64,000 bases of DNA from an uncultured Chloroflexia bacterium (lineage in GTDB: Bacteria; Chloroflexota; Anaerolineae; Anaerolineales; UBA4823). Under the pieces are notes generated by a model. That model had not been told where the DNA came from. It saw nothing but the letters and a program-made list of their open reading frames with translations, and did not search any database. The stretch spans positions 7,922 to 71,921 of the forward strand of contig CAVVAJ010000006.1 of NCBI GenBank assembly GCA_963746255.1, in the 5' to 3' direction. The position numbers and the translations under genes were made by a program. Below are positions 1-9,629 of the stretch, piece by piece (position 1 is the first letter of the stretch; each line of letters opens with the position of its first letter).

Positions 1-1500
1 TCGCAAGCATTCAGATTCATCTTACGATGGGGTCCTTACTCCCTGGATCCAGGTTTATTTAGTGACATGGATTCAGGTATCGTTATCGGTCATCTATTTA
101 GTGGCTTACTGGAGCTCACCCCGCAGATGGATGTGGTACCAGACATAGCCTACCGTTGGGAGATCCTGGAAGGTGGGCGTAAGTATATATTCCACTTGCG
201 GGAGGATGCGCGCTGGAGCGATAGAATGCCGGTGACCGCCCATGATTTTGTGTATGCCTGGAGGCGGCTGCTCAACCCTGCCACTCGATCGGACTCGGCC
301 AATCTTTTTTACGATATCAAGGGGGCTATGGCATTTCACCAGGGAGAAATGCCCAATTCAGAGCGTCTGGGGGTACGAGCGAGCACAGCATACACCTTGG
401 AAGTAGAGCTCGAAGCACCGGCAGGCTACTTCCTGCAGTTGATGGCTCACCCTGCAGCCTCTCCTGTCCCGCAGCATGCGATAGAGAGATGGGGTGAGGC
501 TTGGACCGAGTTGGGCAAGCAGGTGGTAAATGGACCATACCGGATCAAAGGCTGGCAACCTGGAAAGTTGCTGGCCCTAGAACGAAATCCCGAATACTAT
601 GGTCGCTGCAGCGGCAACCTGCAGATGGTTGAGATAACCTTTATGCCGCCATCGCGATGGCCTGATGAGGTTTCGATGTTCGATGCAGACAAGCTAGATG
701 TCCTGCAAATAGCATATTTCCCAACCGCCGAGATCAATCGCCTGCGGCGCCAACGCTCAGCGGAATATATCTCCGCACCGCTTCAAGATGTATTTTTCTT
801 TGTGATTAATACATCCAGAGCGCCTTTCGATAACCCAGACGTTCGTCGTGCTTTCATGCTGGCATTAGATAATGAAGCAGTTACGCAGACATCCGGCAGA
901 GGTGCAGTTATCCCTGCCTTAGGAGGACTGATCCCGCCCGGAATTCCAGGACACTCACCGGAGATTGGCTTACCTTTTGACCCGGGTGGAGCACAGGAGC
1001 TGATGGCACAGGCAGGTTATCCGGGTGGGCGCGGATTCCCCGTTGTCGAGGTATTGCTTTGGCCTGGTGCAGAGGTTTATCTAGAAAATATAATGAATCA
1101 ATGGCAGAAGGTCTTGGGGGTAAAGCATACTTGGGACTTCGCTCCAATTATCGAAGTTCCGGAAAAGGCAATCGGAAAGCCGTCCCATTTGGTATTACAA
1201 GGATGGGCAGCTGACTATCCCGATCCGGACAATTTTCTCCGGATAGGATTTCGCAAGGAGTTGAGCAGGTGGCACGGAGAGGTCTTCGATGAGTTGGTTG
1301 AACGTGCCCGGCATGCCCAAGACCAATGCGAGCGGATCAGGTTATATAAGCAAGCGGACAAGATCTTGATCGACGAGGCGGTAGTCTTACCCGTGGCGTA
1401 CTTTGTAGGCCACTACCTCGTACAACCATGGGTGAAAAATTTCCCCCTTTCTCCCATGGGAACCTGGTTCTTAAAAGATGTGGTCATCGAGCCGCATTAG
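1..1500 (+). CDS. ABC transporter substrate-binding protein, family 5 (peptide/nickel/oligosaccharide type), 5' end cut by window edge
   Basis: The reading frame is open from nt 1 (SQAFRFILRWGPYSLDPGLFSD precedes the listed Met at 67). Length and sequence character (..WSDRMPVTAHDFVYAWRRLLNP.., ..GWAADYPDPDNFL..) are typical of SBP family 5. Confidence 0.8.
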   Translation, partial: SQAFRFILRWGPYSLDPGLFSDMDSGIVIGHLFSGLLELTPQMDVVPDIAYRWEILEGGRKYIFHLREDARWSDRMPVTAHDFVYAWRRLLNPATRSDSANLFYDIKGAMAFHQGEMPNSERLGVRASTAYTLEVELEAPAGYFLQLMAHPAASPVPQHAIERWGEAWTELGKQVVNGPYRIKGWQPGKLLALERNPEYYGRCSGNLQMVEITFMPPSRWPDEVSMFDADKLDVLQIAYFPTAEINRLRRQRSAEYISAPLQDVFFFVINTSRAPFDNPDVRRAFMLALDNEAVTQTSGRGAVIPALGGLIPPGIPGHSPEIGLPFDPGGAQELMAQAGYPGGRGFPVVEVLLWPGAEVYLENIMNQWQKVLGVKHTWDFAPIIEVPEKAIGKPSHLVLQGWAADYPDPDNFLRIGFRKELSRWHGEVFDELVERARHAQDQCERIRLYKQADKILIDEAVVLPVAYFVGHYLVQPWVKNFPLSPMGTWFLKDVVIEPH

Positions 1501-1528
1501 ATTCCAGCTCTTACCAAATGGATTTAAA

Positions 1529-4500
1529 ATGACATCCCCCACCCTCCCCGAAGGCACCGTTACGTTCCTCTTTACGGATATCGAAGGTTCGACCCAGCTG
1601 CTGAGCCAGCTCCGTGAGCGGTACGCAGAATTATTAGCCGACCAGCGCCGCATACTCCGGGCGGCTTTCGCCCGCTGGCAAGGCCAGGAAGTCGATACCC
1701 AGGGAGATGCATTCTTTGTAGCCTTCCCACGCGCCACGCAAGCAGTTTGCGCCGCGGTGGACATACAACGCTCACTGACCACCCACACCTGGCCACAGGA
1801 TGTGGAGGTGCGGGTACGGATGGGCATACACACCGGTGAGCCCTTGAAAGCCGAAGAAGGCTATGTGGGCATGGACGTCCACCGGGCGGCGCGCATCGCC
1901 CACGTGGGACACGGCGGGCAGGTGCTGCTTTCCGAGACTACGACTGCGTTGGTGCGGGACGAGCTGCCTCAGGGGGTGAGCATGTTGGATTTAGGCGGTC
2001 ACCGGCTGAAAGACTTGAGCCAGCCAGAGTATATCCGCCAGTTGGTGATCGAGGGCTTGCCAGGGGAGTTTCCATCTTTGAAGTCACTGGAACTGCTCCC
2101 ACCAGAAATCAGCTTGGAACTGGGGGAGGTTAAATCGCCTGAATTTCTTGAAGAGCAGGTGGAAGAAAGGACCGCACCGGTATTTGTAGGGCGAGAACGA
2201 GAACTAGGACAACTTGAGGGCTTTATGGAGAAAGCCCTGCATGGAAACGGAGGGATGGTTTTCGTGACCGGGGGCCCTGGCCGTGGTAAGTCCGCACTGT
2301 TGGAAGCTTTTTCCAAGCGAGTGATGGCAGGATACTCAGAATTGTTGGCAGTGATGGGCGTTTGTAATGCTTACACAGGGATTGGTGATCCCTACCTGCC
2401 TTTCCGTGAAGTGTTGGGTATGTTAACGGGCGAGATAGAGTATAAGTGGGCGGCAGGAACCATTTCTCTTGAGCATGCTCGCCGTTTGTGGCTGTTCTCC
2501 CCGAATACAGCCAAAGCGTTGGTTGAATATGGGCCTGACCTAGTGGAGGCACTCCTTCCTGGTAAGAATCTGGTCGCCAGGATGGTATCAGTGGTACCGG
2601 ATCAGCGGAACTTGTTACAAGCGCTCAGGGCCTTGGCGGGACGGGAACGCCCTGGGCTTGGCGGTGTGGAACAGAGAGCTCTCTTCGAGCAATATTGGAA
2701 AGTACTAAGTGAACTTGCAGATAAACAGCCATTGTTGATAATGCTGGATGACTTGCAGTGGGCAGACAGCGCTTCACTCAACTTGCTTTTTCATCTGGGA
2801 CGGAATCTTGAAGGTAAACGCATATTGATCCTGGGCGCCTACCGTCCAGAAGAAGTTGTGCTACGACGAGGGGACAGCGAGCATCCTCTAGGGAGCATGC
2901 TTAATGAGTTTAAACGTCAATATGGTCAGGTATGGATCAGCCTGAGTGAGGCTCCTGAGAACGAAGGACGTCAATTTGTGGATGCTTACTTGGATAGCGA
3001 GCCAAATCGTCTGGGAGCCAGATTCAGGGAGGCTATGTTTTCCCACACCAGGGGGCATCCATTATTCACGGTTGAGTTATTGCGAGACCTACATGAGCGA
3101 GGTGACTTGATCAAGGATGAGCATGGACGTTGGGTGGAAGGGTCATCCCTGGATTGGGCGATACTGCCTGCACGGGTAGAGGGGGTTATCGAGACACGCC
3201 TGGGCCGGTTGGAGCCAAGGGCCATTGAAACCTTGGCCATTGCTAGTGTTATCGGAGAGGAATTTATCGCGGAAGTAATTGCGCAAGTTCAGAATATGGA
3301 TATCCGAGAATTAATCAACCTACTCAGTCGGGAGCTGGATAAAAAACACCGTTTGGTTAGCATACAAAGTGTGCAGAAAATCAATGATCAGCGTCTATCT
3401 GTCTACCGCTTTAATCACAATCTATTTCAGAAATATCTGTACAACAACCTGGATAAAGTGCGGCGGACGTATCTGCACGAAGATATCGCCAACATCTTCG
3501 AAAGTTTATTTGCAGACCAGAGTGATGAAATTGCTACGGAGTTAGCCTGGCATTTTCAAGAAGCGGGAATAACAGATAAAGCTATTCATTATCTCTACCA
3601 GGCAGGTGTTAAAGCCTTGGCCGCGTCCGCTAATGTTGAAGCGGTAACTCACTTTAGTCGTGGATTAAAGCTGGTCAATAGTTTGCCAGAAGGGATTGAG
3701 AGAGTTCAACAAGAATTCTATTTACAGAGCAGCTTATTCCTTCCCTTGGTATCTCTAAATGGATATGCCGATCCAGAAGTTAGCAGAGTAATTCAGAGAT
3801 CGTTAGAGCTTGGAAAGCAGGTGGGAAATCCACCTCAACTTTTTCTGCCAGTTCTTGGATTAGGTGCATATTATGGTGCTATGGGAGATTATCGGAACGC
3901 AAAAGATGTCTGGTCAGAGCTACTGGCTCTGGGGGAGGCTTCCGGAGACCCACTCTTACAAGCGCTCTCACATTGGCTCGGTTGGGTGCAGCTTATGTCA
4001 GGAGAACTTGATTTAGCATATGGACAAATGCGTGCCGTTATAGATGAGATTATATGGGAAGAACACATGGATCTACCGGTAGTGTACGGTGTAGATCCGG
4101 GCTCAACCTGTCGTTTGTGGGCGTCATGGGCATTATGGTTTCTTGGTTACCCCAAACAGGCGTGGAGCATGCTGCGAGAGGCGTTAATCACCGCTAAGTC
4201 CTTGAAGCATCCCCATACCCAGGCATTTGTCCTGGGGTTGGGATGTTATGTCCTGAGATGGATTCAGGAATACGAATTGCTCAATTTGTGGTCTCAGCAA
4301 GCCATCAAAGTTTCCAGAGAGCTCGGCAATAATAAATTTCTGGGGGATGGATTATTCAATCATGGCATTGTACTCGTTAGAGATGGGCAAATTAAAGAAG
4401 GGATTGATCTTATCAATCAAGGCATGTCCACAATTCTTGAGACAGGTACCAAGGTCGCTTATAGCGCTAATTTGGCGGAGTTGGCCAATATCTATCTCGA

Positions 4501-4855
4501 AGTCGGGGATACCGAAAATGGTCTTGCTACCGTAGAGCAAGCCTTGAATTGGGTAGAGGCGAGCGGCGAGCGTTTCATGGAGGCTGAAGTTAAACGGCTC
4601 AAGGGGGAACTTCTAATTGGATTGGGAGAAAGCGGTGAGCTAGTTGAAGGATGTTTTCAGGAAGCCATTGATATTGCCCAGCGACGATCCGCCAAATCTT
4701 TAGAATTGCGGGCGACGAGCAGTTTATGCCGTCTTCTGCGGAAACAGGGGCGAGATGAAGAAGCATATAAGAAGTTGGTAGCGATATATAGCTGGTTCAC
4801 AGAGGGTCTCGATACTCCTGACCTGGTGTATGCGAAATCGCTCCTATTGAAATGA
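1529..4855 (+). CDS. Class III adenylate/guanylate cyclase domain fused to AAA/STAND-type NTPase and TPR-like repeats
   Basis: The N-terminus has GTVTFLFTDIEGST..GDAFFVAF..RMGIHTGE (cyclase catalytic domain). A Walker A motif (GGPGRGKS) and Walker B motif (LLIMLDDLQWAD) follow, then a long helical-repeat C-terminus. The likely start is ATG 1529 (MTSPTLPEG..), not the upstream TTG at 1478, which overlaps the previous gene. Confidence 0.85.
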   Translation: MTSPTLPEGTVTFLFTDIEGSTQLLSQLRERYAELLADQRRILRAAFARWQGQEVDTQGDAFFVAFPRATQAVCAAVDIQRSLTTHTWPQDVEVRVRMGIHTGEPLKAEEGYVGMDVHRAARIAHVGHGGQVLLSETTTALVRDELPQGVSMLDLGGHRLKDLSQPEYIRQLVIEGLPGEFPSLKSLELLPPEISLELGEVKSPEFLEEQVEERTAPVFVGRERELGQLEGFMEKALHGNGGMVFVTGGPGRGKSALLEAFSKRVMAGYSELLAVMGVCNAYTGIGDPYLPFREVLGMLTGEIEYKWAAGTISLEHARRLWLFSPNTAKALVEYGPDLVEALLPGKNLVARMVSVVPDQRNLLQALRALAGRERPGLGGVEQRALFEQYWKVLSELADKQPLLIMLDDLQWADSASLNLLFHLGRNLEGKRILILGAYRPEEVVLRRGDSEHPLGSMLNEFKRQYGQVWISLSEAPENEGRQFVDAYLDSEPNRLGARFREAMFSHTRGHPLFTVELLRDLHERGDLIKDEHGRWVEGSSLDWAILPARVEGVIETRLGRLEPRAIETLAIASVIGEEFIAEVIAQVQNMDIRELINLLSRELDKKHRLVSIQSVQKINDQRLSVYRFNHNLFQKYLYNNLDKVRRTYLHEDIANIFESLFADQSDEIATELAWHFQEAGITDKAIHYLYQAGVKALAASANVEAVTHFSRGLKLVNSLPEGIERVQQEFYLQSSLFLPLVSLNGYADPEVSRVIQRSLELGKQVGNPPQLFLPVLGLGAYYGAMGDYRNAKDVWSELLALGEASGDPLLQALSHWLGWVQLMSGELDLAYGQMRAVIDEIIWEEHMDLPVVYGVDPGSTCRLWASWALWFLGYPKQAWSMLREALITAKSLKHPHTQAFVLGLGCYVLRWIQEYELLNLWSQQAIKVSRELGNNKFLGDGLFNHGIVLVRDGQIKEGIDLINQGMSTILETGTKVAYSANLAELANIYLEVGDTENGLATVEQALNWVEASGERFMEAEVKRLKGELLIGLGESGELVEGCFQEAIDIAQRRSAKSLELRATSSLCRLLRKQGRDEEAYKKLVAIYSWFTEGLDTPDLVYAKSLLLK

Positions 4856-4936
4856 AAAGAGGGGGTTTATTTGTTGGAGTAACCGGGAGGCTATTAACAA
4901 CTGGAGGTATGAAGCATGACTGAGGAGAAAAAGGTG

Positions 4937-5050
4937 CGATTCCCTTCTCCAATCTCCCCGAAGGCACCGTCACCTTCCTGTTCACGGATATCGAAGGCAC
5001 GACCAGCTGCTCAGTCAGCTCCGTGATTGGTACGCAGAATTATTAGTCGA
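4937..5050 (+). pseudogene. Orphan fragment duplicating the first ~35 codons of a class III cyclase (paralogue of gene 1529-4855)
   Basis: NLPEGTVTFLFTDIEGTT-(1 nt missing)-LLSQLRDWYAELLVDQR aligns at nucleotide level to 1546-1650. There is no in-frame start and one frame break, and similarity ends after about 110 nt. Confidence 0.75.
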
Positions 5051-5112
5051 CCAGCGCTGCACAGTTATACGGATCTTATCAACACCATTCAAGTGTATAT
5101 CCCTTGTATAAC

Positions 5113-5847
5113 CTATTGAATTGGATAAGTAGCTATGTTTACTAGACCATAGGTCAGGATAATTAAACCGAGAATGACGATGAGCATGCGCATGGGTACC
5201 GATTTCATACGCGTTTGAACACCGGCTAAAAATAGCACGGAGGCTAAAACTACGGTGTTGAGGATATAGTCATCGCTGATCTGGTTGGCCACGCTTCCTT
5301 CCCCAAATGTTTTTGAAGCTTCCAGTTCAAGCCGGTCTGCTTCCTGGCTAAGGCTAACTACATACTCAGACATGGAAAACGGGGATTTGGGGGCATCCGG
5401 ATTGCTTCTTGGCTTGGTAGCCACCCAGGCGTAAAAAGCGACTGCGAACTCCGGGCGGAAGCGATTCTCATAAAAATCAGCCAGTTCCTGGTTATCCACT
5501 GCAAAAGCGTTGATCCAGTTGGTGAATAGACCGATATCGATCTGGGTAAGTTGCCCGGCTTTGGTTGAGGCGCGGGTGGATTCGGTCCGCAGCGCACCTG
5601 CCTGAGTGAACTTCGTGGATTGCACCCCGCCCCAGCGGGCGCTTTGGTAGCCGCTCCAAGCAGTCGATAGGGTGGCTAGAGCCAGAATCACGGTGGCAAT
5701 CACTTCAGCCAGCGGTTCCCAGCGATCCCACCTGGAAGGAAGATCGATAAAGGATCGTGCCTGGTGTGGAGCTTCTTCGTTGGGCTGGGCAGTATGGTGT
5801 GCTCCAGTATTATTAGTTTTGCTACTGTTAGGCATATCGTCGGCCAT
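5113..5847 (-). CDS. Hypothetical membrane protein (N-terminal and C-terminal TM helices)
   Basis: 244-aa ORF with hydrophobic segments (EVIATVILALATLSTAW; VVLASVLFLAGV; MLIVILGLIILTYGLV). I did not recognise a family. Confidence 0.5.
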   Translation of the reverse strand: MADDMPNSSKTNNTGAHHTAQPNEEAPHQARSFIDLPSRWDRWEPLAEVIATVILALATLSTAWSGYQSARWGGVQSTKFTQAGALRTESTRASTKAGQLTQIDIGLFTNWINAFAVDNQELADFYENRFRPEFAVAFYAWVATKPRSNPDAPKSPFSMSEYVVSLSQEADRLELEASKTFGEGSVANQISDDYILNTVVLASVLFLAGVQTRMKSVPMRMLIVILGLIILTYGLVNIATYPIQ

Positions 5848-6265
5848 TATGACTTTTACTCCTGAATAGATGGTAATGAATCATCAAATTTAGTTTTATT
5901 TTCTCGGTTTCTACTTCTAAGGGCGACCAGCCTAACAGATTTTCTGGTTCCTATAGAGAGTACATTTTATCACTAGAATTGACCCATCCAAACTAATCTT
6001 TGCCTCGTTCAAGTATAGCTACAAAAAGCTAAATAGATAGAGCTTTTCCTTCCAGAAATGGGTCTGGTGCTGAAGTGGAGTACAGCGAAGACCTCAGTGT
6101 GGAAATTATTGATACAATTGGAGATTAAACTCATATATTGTTAAACGGCAAACTCAACTTTCCCGGTAAATCGGCATTGAGATTGGATTAGAGATCAAAT
6201 TTTCCACTCACTAGATTTGATTGAATCTACTTTTTTCGCAGATTTGATCGAATAAAAGGAGATCA

Positions 6266-6667
6266 ATGACAAGTGTAAATATCCCCGAAGAATATTCGGA
6301 TTTAGTGGAAAAACGAGCCCTGGCATACTTGGCGACGATCATGCCAGATGGCAGCCCGCAAGTAACACCGGTCTGGTTCGATATGTTTGAAGGACTGATC
6401 CGTGTGAACACTGCTCGCGGCAGGCAAAAGGATCGTAATATGACCCGCGAACCACGTGTAGCGCTCTCAATACAAGATCCAGAAGATCCTTTCCGCTATA
6501 TGCAAGTCCGAGGTGTGGTTGTAAAGACCACAGAAGAAAGCGCCGATGGGCATATCGATTTGTTAGCCAAGAAATACCTTGGTGAAGATAGTTTCCCCTG
6601 GCGAAATCCCGTTGACAAGCGGGTTATATATTCAATTAAACCTGTAAATATATCATTCAAAACGTAG
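6266..6667 (+). CDS. PPOX-class (pyridoxamine 5'-phosphate oxidase-like) flavin/F420-binding protein
   Basis: 133 aa. The pattern ..LATIMPDGSPQVTPVWF....IRVNTARGRQKDRNMTREPRVALSIQDP.. is characteristic of the split-barrel PPOX family. Confidence 0.7.
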   Translation: MTSVNIPEEYSDLVEKRALAYLATIMPDGSPQVTPVWFDMFEGLIRVNTARGRQKDRNMTREPRVALSIQDPEDPFRYMQVRGVVVKTTEESADGHIDLLAKKYLGEDSFPWRNPVDKRVIYSIKPVNISFKT

Positions 6668-6748
6668 TCCGTTATTCACATACCTTTACAAAGTGGCTGT
6701 TCGATGCTATCTTGAGTATATTAGCGGCTCATTTCATCGAAAAACTAC

Positions 6749-7708
6749 ATGACCGAAGAGAGATCACCGCATTTCACCAAACTTGGTACGACTGATATCT
6801 CGATCTCCCCGATGGGTATTGGAACCTGGGCATGGGGAGATCGTGTATTTTGGAATTATGGGCGCGATCACCAGGAAGCAGATATCCCGCCAACTGTCGA
6901 TGTCATGGTAGAAAATGGCATCAATTTTGTGGATACAGCTGAAGTGTATGGAAAGGGAAAGTCTGAGCGTTTGGTTGGAAAATATTTTGCTAACGAGATC
7001 TCTAATGCAGTCATCGCAACAAAATTTTTCCCATTTCCTTGGCGGCTAACGAAGAAATCTCTTATCCGAGCCATACAAAAGAGCCTGGAGCGGCTGCAGT
7101 TGGCGAAGGTACAACTATATCAAATACATTTCCCATACCCACCGGTGACAATAGAAACCTGGGCAGGTGCACTGCAGGAAGCTGTGCAGCGTGGGCTAAT
7201 AGAAGCGATCGGTGTTTCCAACTACAACAGCGAACAAATGCAGCGTATGCAGTCCGGGTTGATCAAATATGGACACATGTTAGCTTCTAATCAGGTCTCC
7301 TATTCACTCCTTGACCGCAAAATAGAGAAAGATGGTTTATTGGAGCTTTGCCGGGAACAACAAATCAGTATTATTGCTTACAGCCCGCTTGCCCAAGGCA
7401 TGTTAACAGGCAAGTACACACCAGAAAATCCCCCCCATGGTTTCAGAGCACGGCGTTATTCAGCACGCAAATTGGGTGAAATTCAGCATTTAGTGCGGAC
7501 TATGCGCAATATCGGGCAAGAACATAAAGGGAAAACCCCTGCCCAGGTTGCATTGAATTGGGTCATGGCCAAGGGAGCTATCCCTATCCCAGGGGCGAAG
7601 AACGCCCGTCAAGCTCAGGATAACGCAGGTGCCTTAGGTTGGCAGCTCAGTACGGATGAAGTAGCAGCTTTAGACACGGCAAGTGATAGAGCTTTGGCTG
7701 TATCTTGA
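6749..7708 (+). CDS. Aldo/keto reductase
   Basis: ..GIGTWAWG.., NFVDTAEVYGKGKSE, LYQIHFP and GVSNY are classic AKR motifs. 319 aa. Confidence 0.85.
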   Translation: MTEERSPHFTKLGTTDISISPMGIGTWAWGDRVFWNYGRDHQEADIPPTVDVMVENGINFVDTAEVYGKGKSERLVGKYFANEISNAVIATKFFPFPWRLTKKSLIRAIQKSLERLQLAKVQLYQIHFPYPPVTIETWAGALQEAVQRGLIEAIGVSNYNSEQMQRMQSGLIKYGHMLASNQVSYSLLDRKIEKDGLLELCREQQISIIAYSPLAQGMLTGKYTPENPPHGFRARRYSARKLGEIQHLVRTMRNIGQEHKGKTPAQVALNWVMAKGAIPIPGAKNARQAQDNAGALGWQLSTDEVAALDTASDRALAVS

Positions 7709-7723
7709 CTTATCCATAGGAGG

Positions 7724-8857
7724 ATGCTGATGGTTAGCATAGAGAAAATTGATACTGGGAATAAAGCCGATGTCAAAAGGTTTGTCCGACTGCCATATCG
7801 TCTATATAAGGGTCACTCAGAATGGGTTCCCCCTCTATATATCGATCAAGAGATGTTTTTGAACCGGGAAAAACACCCCTATTACGAACACTCTGAGGCG
7901 GATTTCTTTGTCGCTGTTCGCGACGGTATTGTGATTGGGCGGATCGCTGTCTTAGAGAATAAAAACTATAACAAGTTCCGCAATACCAATATTGCTCAAT
8001 TCTATTTGTTCGAATGTGAGGATGATCAGGAGGCCGCAGCTGCCTTATTCAGCCGTGCTTATGAGTGGGCGCACGAGCGAGGGCTATCAAGAATAATCGG
8101 ACCTAAGGGATTCTGTGTGCTGGATGGTTACGGATTGCTGGTTGATGGTTATGAGCATCACCAGATGATGACAATGATGAACTATAACTATCCTTACTAT
8201 GTCGACCTCGTCGAAGAGCAAGGATTTGTCAAAGAAGTAGATTTTGTGTCTTGCTACCTCAGCGCAGACACTTTTCACTTACCAGAACGGATCCATCGTA
8301 TCGCAGACCGTGTGCAAAAAAGAGGCACTCTACGGGTAGAGCGATTCAAGAGTAAGGGAGATCTCAAAGCATGGGCCTCACGTGTAGGACGGACATACAA
8401 CAATGCATTTATCAATAATTGGGAGTTCAGCCCGCTGACGGACAATGAGATATCATTCGTTCTAGACACCATACTAACCGTTGGAGATCCGCGATTAATT
8501 AAAATAATTGCGCATGGTGATGAAGCAGTTGGATTTCTATTCGGATTCCCAGATTTGTCAAGGGCTTTGCAGCGAGCTAACGGTCGTTTGTTTCCTTTCG
8601 GTATCTTTTATCTGCTTTTAGAGATGCGGCGCACAAAATGGATTGCCGTTAACGGTGCTGGGATACTGCCCGGATTCCAAGGCCGGGGTGGGAATGCATT
8701 GCTGTACTCAGAGATGGAAAAAACAGTCCAAGATTATCATTTTGAACACGCTGATTTAACCCAGGTGGCAGAGACCGCAGTCCAAATGCGCAGTGATTTG
8801 ATAAATCTGGGCGGCAAGGCTTATAAGAATCACCGCGTTTACACGAGGGACTTGTAA
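7724..8857 (+). CDS. GNAT-like acyltransferase family protein
   Basis: 377 aa. The C-terminal half has an acetyl-CoA-binding-like segment (..GILPGFQGRGGNALLYSEM..). The assignment is family-level only. Confidence 0.5.
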   Translation: MLMVSIEKIDTGNKADVKRFVRLPYRLYKGHSEWVPPLYIDQEMFLNREKHPYYEHSEADFFVAVRDGIVIGRIAVLENKNYNKFRNTNIAQFYLFECEDDQEAAAALFSRAYEWAHERGLSRIIGPKGFCVLDGYGLLVDGYEHHQMMTMMNYNYPYYVDLVEEQGFVKEVDFVSCYLSADTFHLPERIHRIADRVQKRGTLRVERFKSKGDLKAWASRVGRTYNNAFINNWEFSPLTDNEISFVLDTILTVGDPRLIKIIAHGDEAVGFLFGFPDLSRALQRANGRLFPFGIFYLLLEMRRTKWIAVNGAGILPGFQGRGGNALLYSEMEKTVQDYHFEHADLTQVAETAVQMRSDLINLGGKAYKNHRVYTRDL

Positions 8858-8950
8858 TAATATTACCTGGGGGTCGCCTTCCGTAGCATAAAATATATCC
8901 TTGGCGCGATCGGTATCCTCATCCTGCTGTTTCTTGGGGGCATTTTCTTT

Positions 8951-9496
8951 TTGGGCGTATACTCCTCTCGGCCCGATTTCAGAAGCACTTGCAGCATTAG
9001 AGTCCGACGAACAAGTGATCGTCAATCAAATAAATGGATTACTTTACACCCTACTCAAGAAGAAGAACCAATAGGTTGGATCTTTTACCCTGGAGGACGT
9101 GTTGACCCACGGTCTTACGCTCCACTCGCAAACGAGCTTGCACGGAATGGCAACTTGGTTGTTATCACACCGATGCCGTTTAATTTAGCTATATTTGGTG
9201 CAAATCGGGCTTCACAGATCATTGAACAAAATCCTGCTATTACCCACTGGATTATTGCAGGTCATTCACTAGGTGGTGCGATGGCAGTCAACTATATAGA
9301 TGATCACCCCGGAGAGGTCTCTGGACTGCTTTTACTTGCAGCATACCCGGCCGCGCAGAATGATATTTCGTGCCAAATATTACTTGGAGCCTCGTTATAT
9401 GGCTCTCGGGATGGTTTTGTTGATATCCAAACGATATACGATACGCCAGGGCTTCAACCTGGTGACATACCTGCTGTCATAGCTAAGATAATATGA
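8951..9496 (+). CDS. Alpha/beta hydrolase fold protein (start uncertain, possibly degenerate)
   Basis: Nucleophile elbow GHSLGG. The frame is open upstream to 8861 and encodes a TM-like segment (KYILGAIGILILLFLGGIFFL) with no canonical start. The C-terminal region looks shortened. Confidence 0.5.
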   Translation: MGVYSSRPDFRSTCSIRVRRTSDRQSNKWITLHPTQEEEPIGWIFYPGGRVDPRSYAPLANELARNGNLVVITPMPFNLAIFGANRASQIIEQNPAITHWIIAGHSLGGAMAVNYIDDHPGEVSGLLLLAAYPAAQNDISCQILLGASLYGSRDGFVDIQTIYDTPGLQPGDIPAVIAKII

Positions 9497-9539
9497 GAGT
9501 GTTTGGGTTTATTTGAGAAAATATATATTGTAAAAATTA

Positions 9540-9580
9540 GTTTGTGGTAATTGGCTATGCGCATTTAATAATATTTCTAA
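9540..9580 (+). repeat. Short dispersed intergenic repeat, copy 1 (core TGGCTATGCGCAT)
   Basis: GTTTGTGGTAATTGGCTATGCGCATTTAATAATATTTCT aligns with copy 2 at 18618-18655. The core is at 9552-9564. Confidence 0.6.
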
Positions 9581-9629
9581 AGACTTCATTGGGCACTCCA
9601 TTCGGGTTATTCTAAATTGAGGCTTATTG

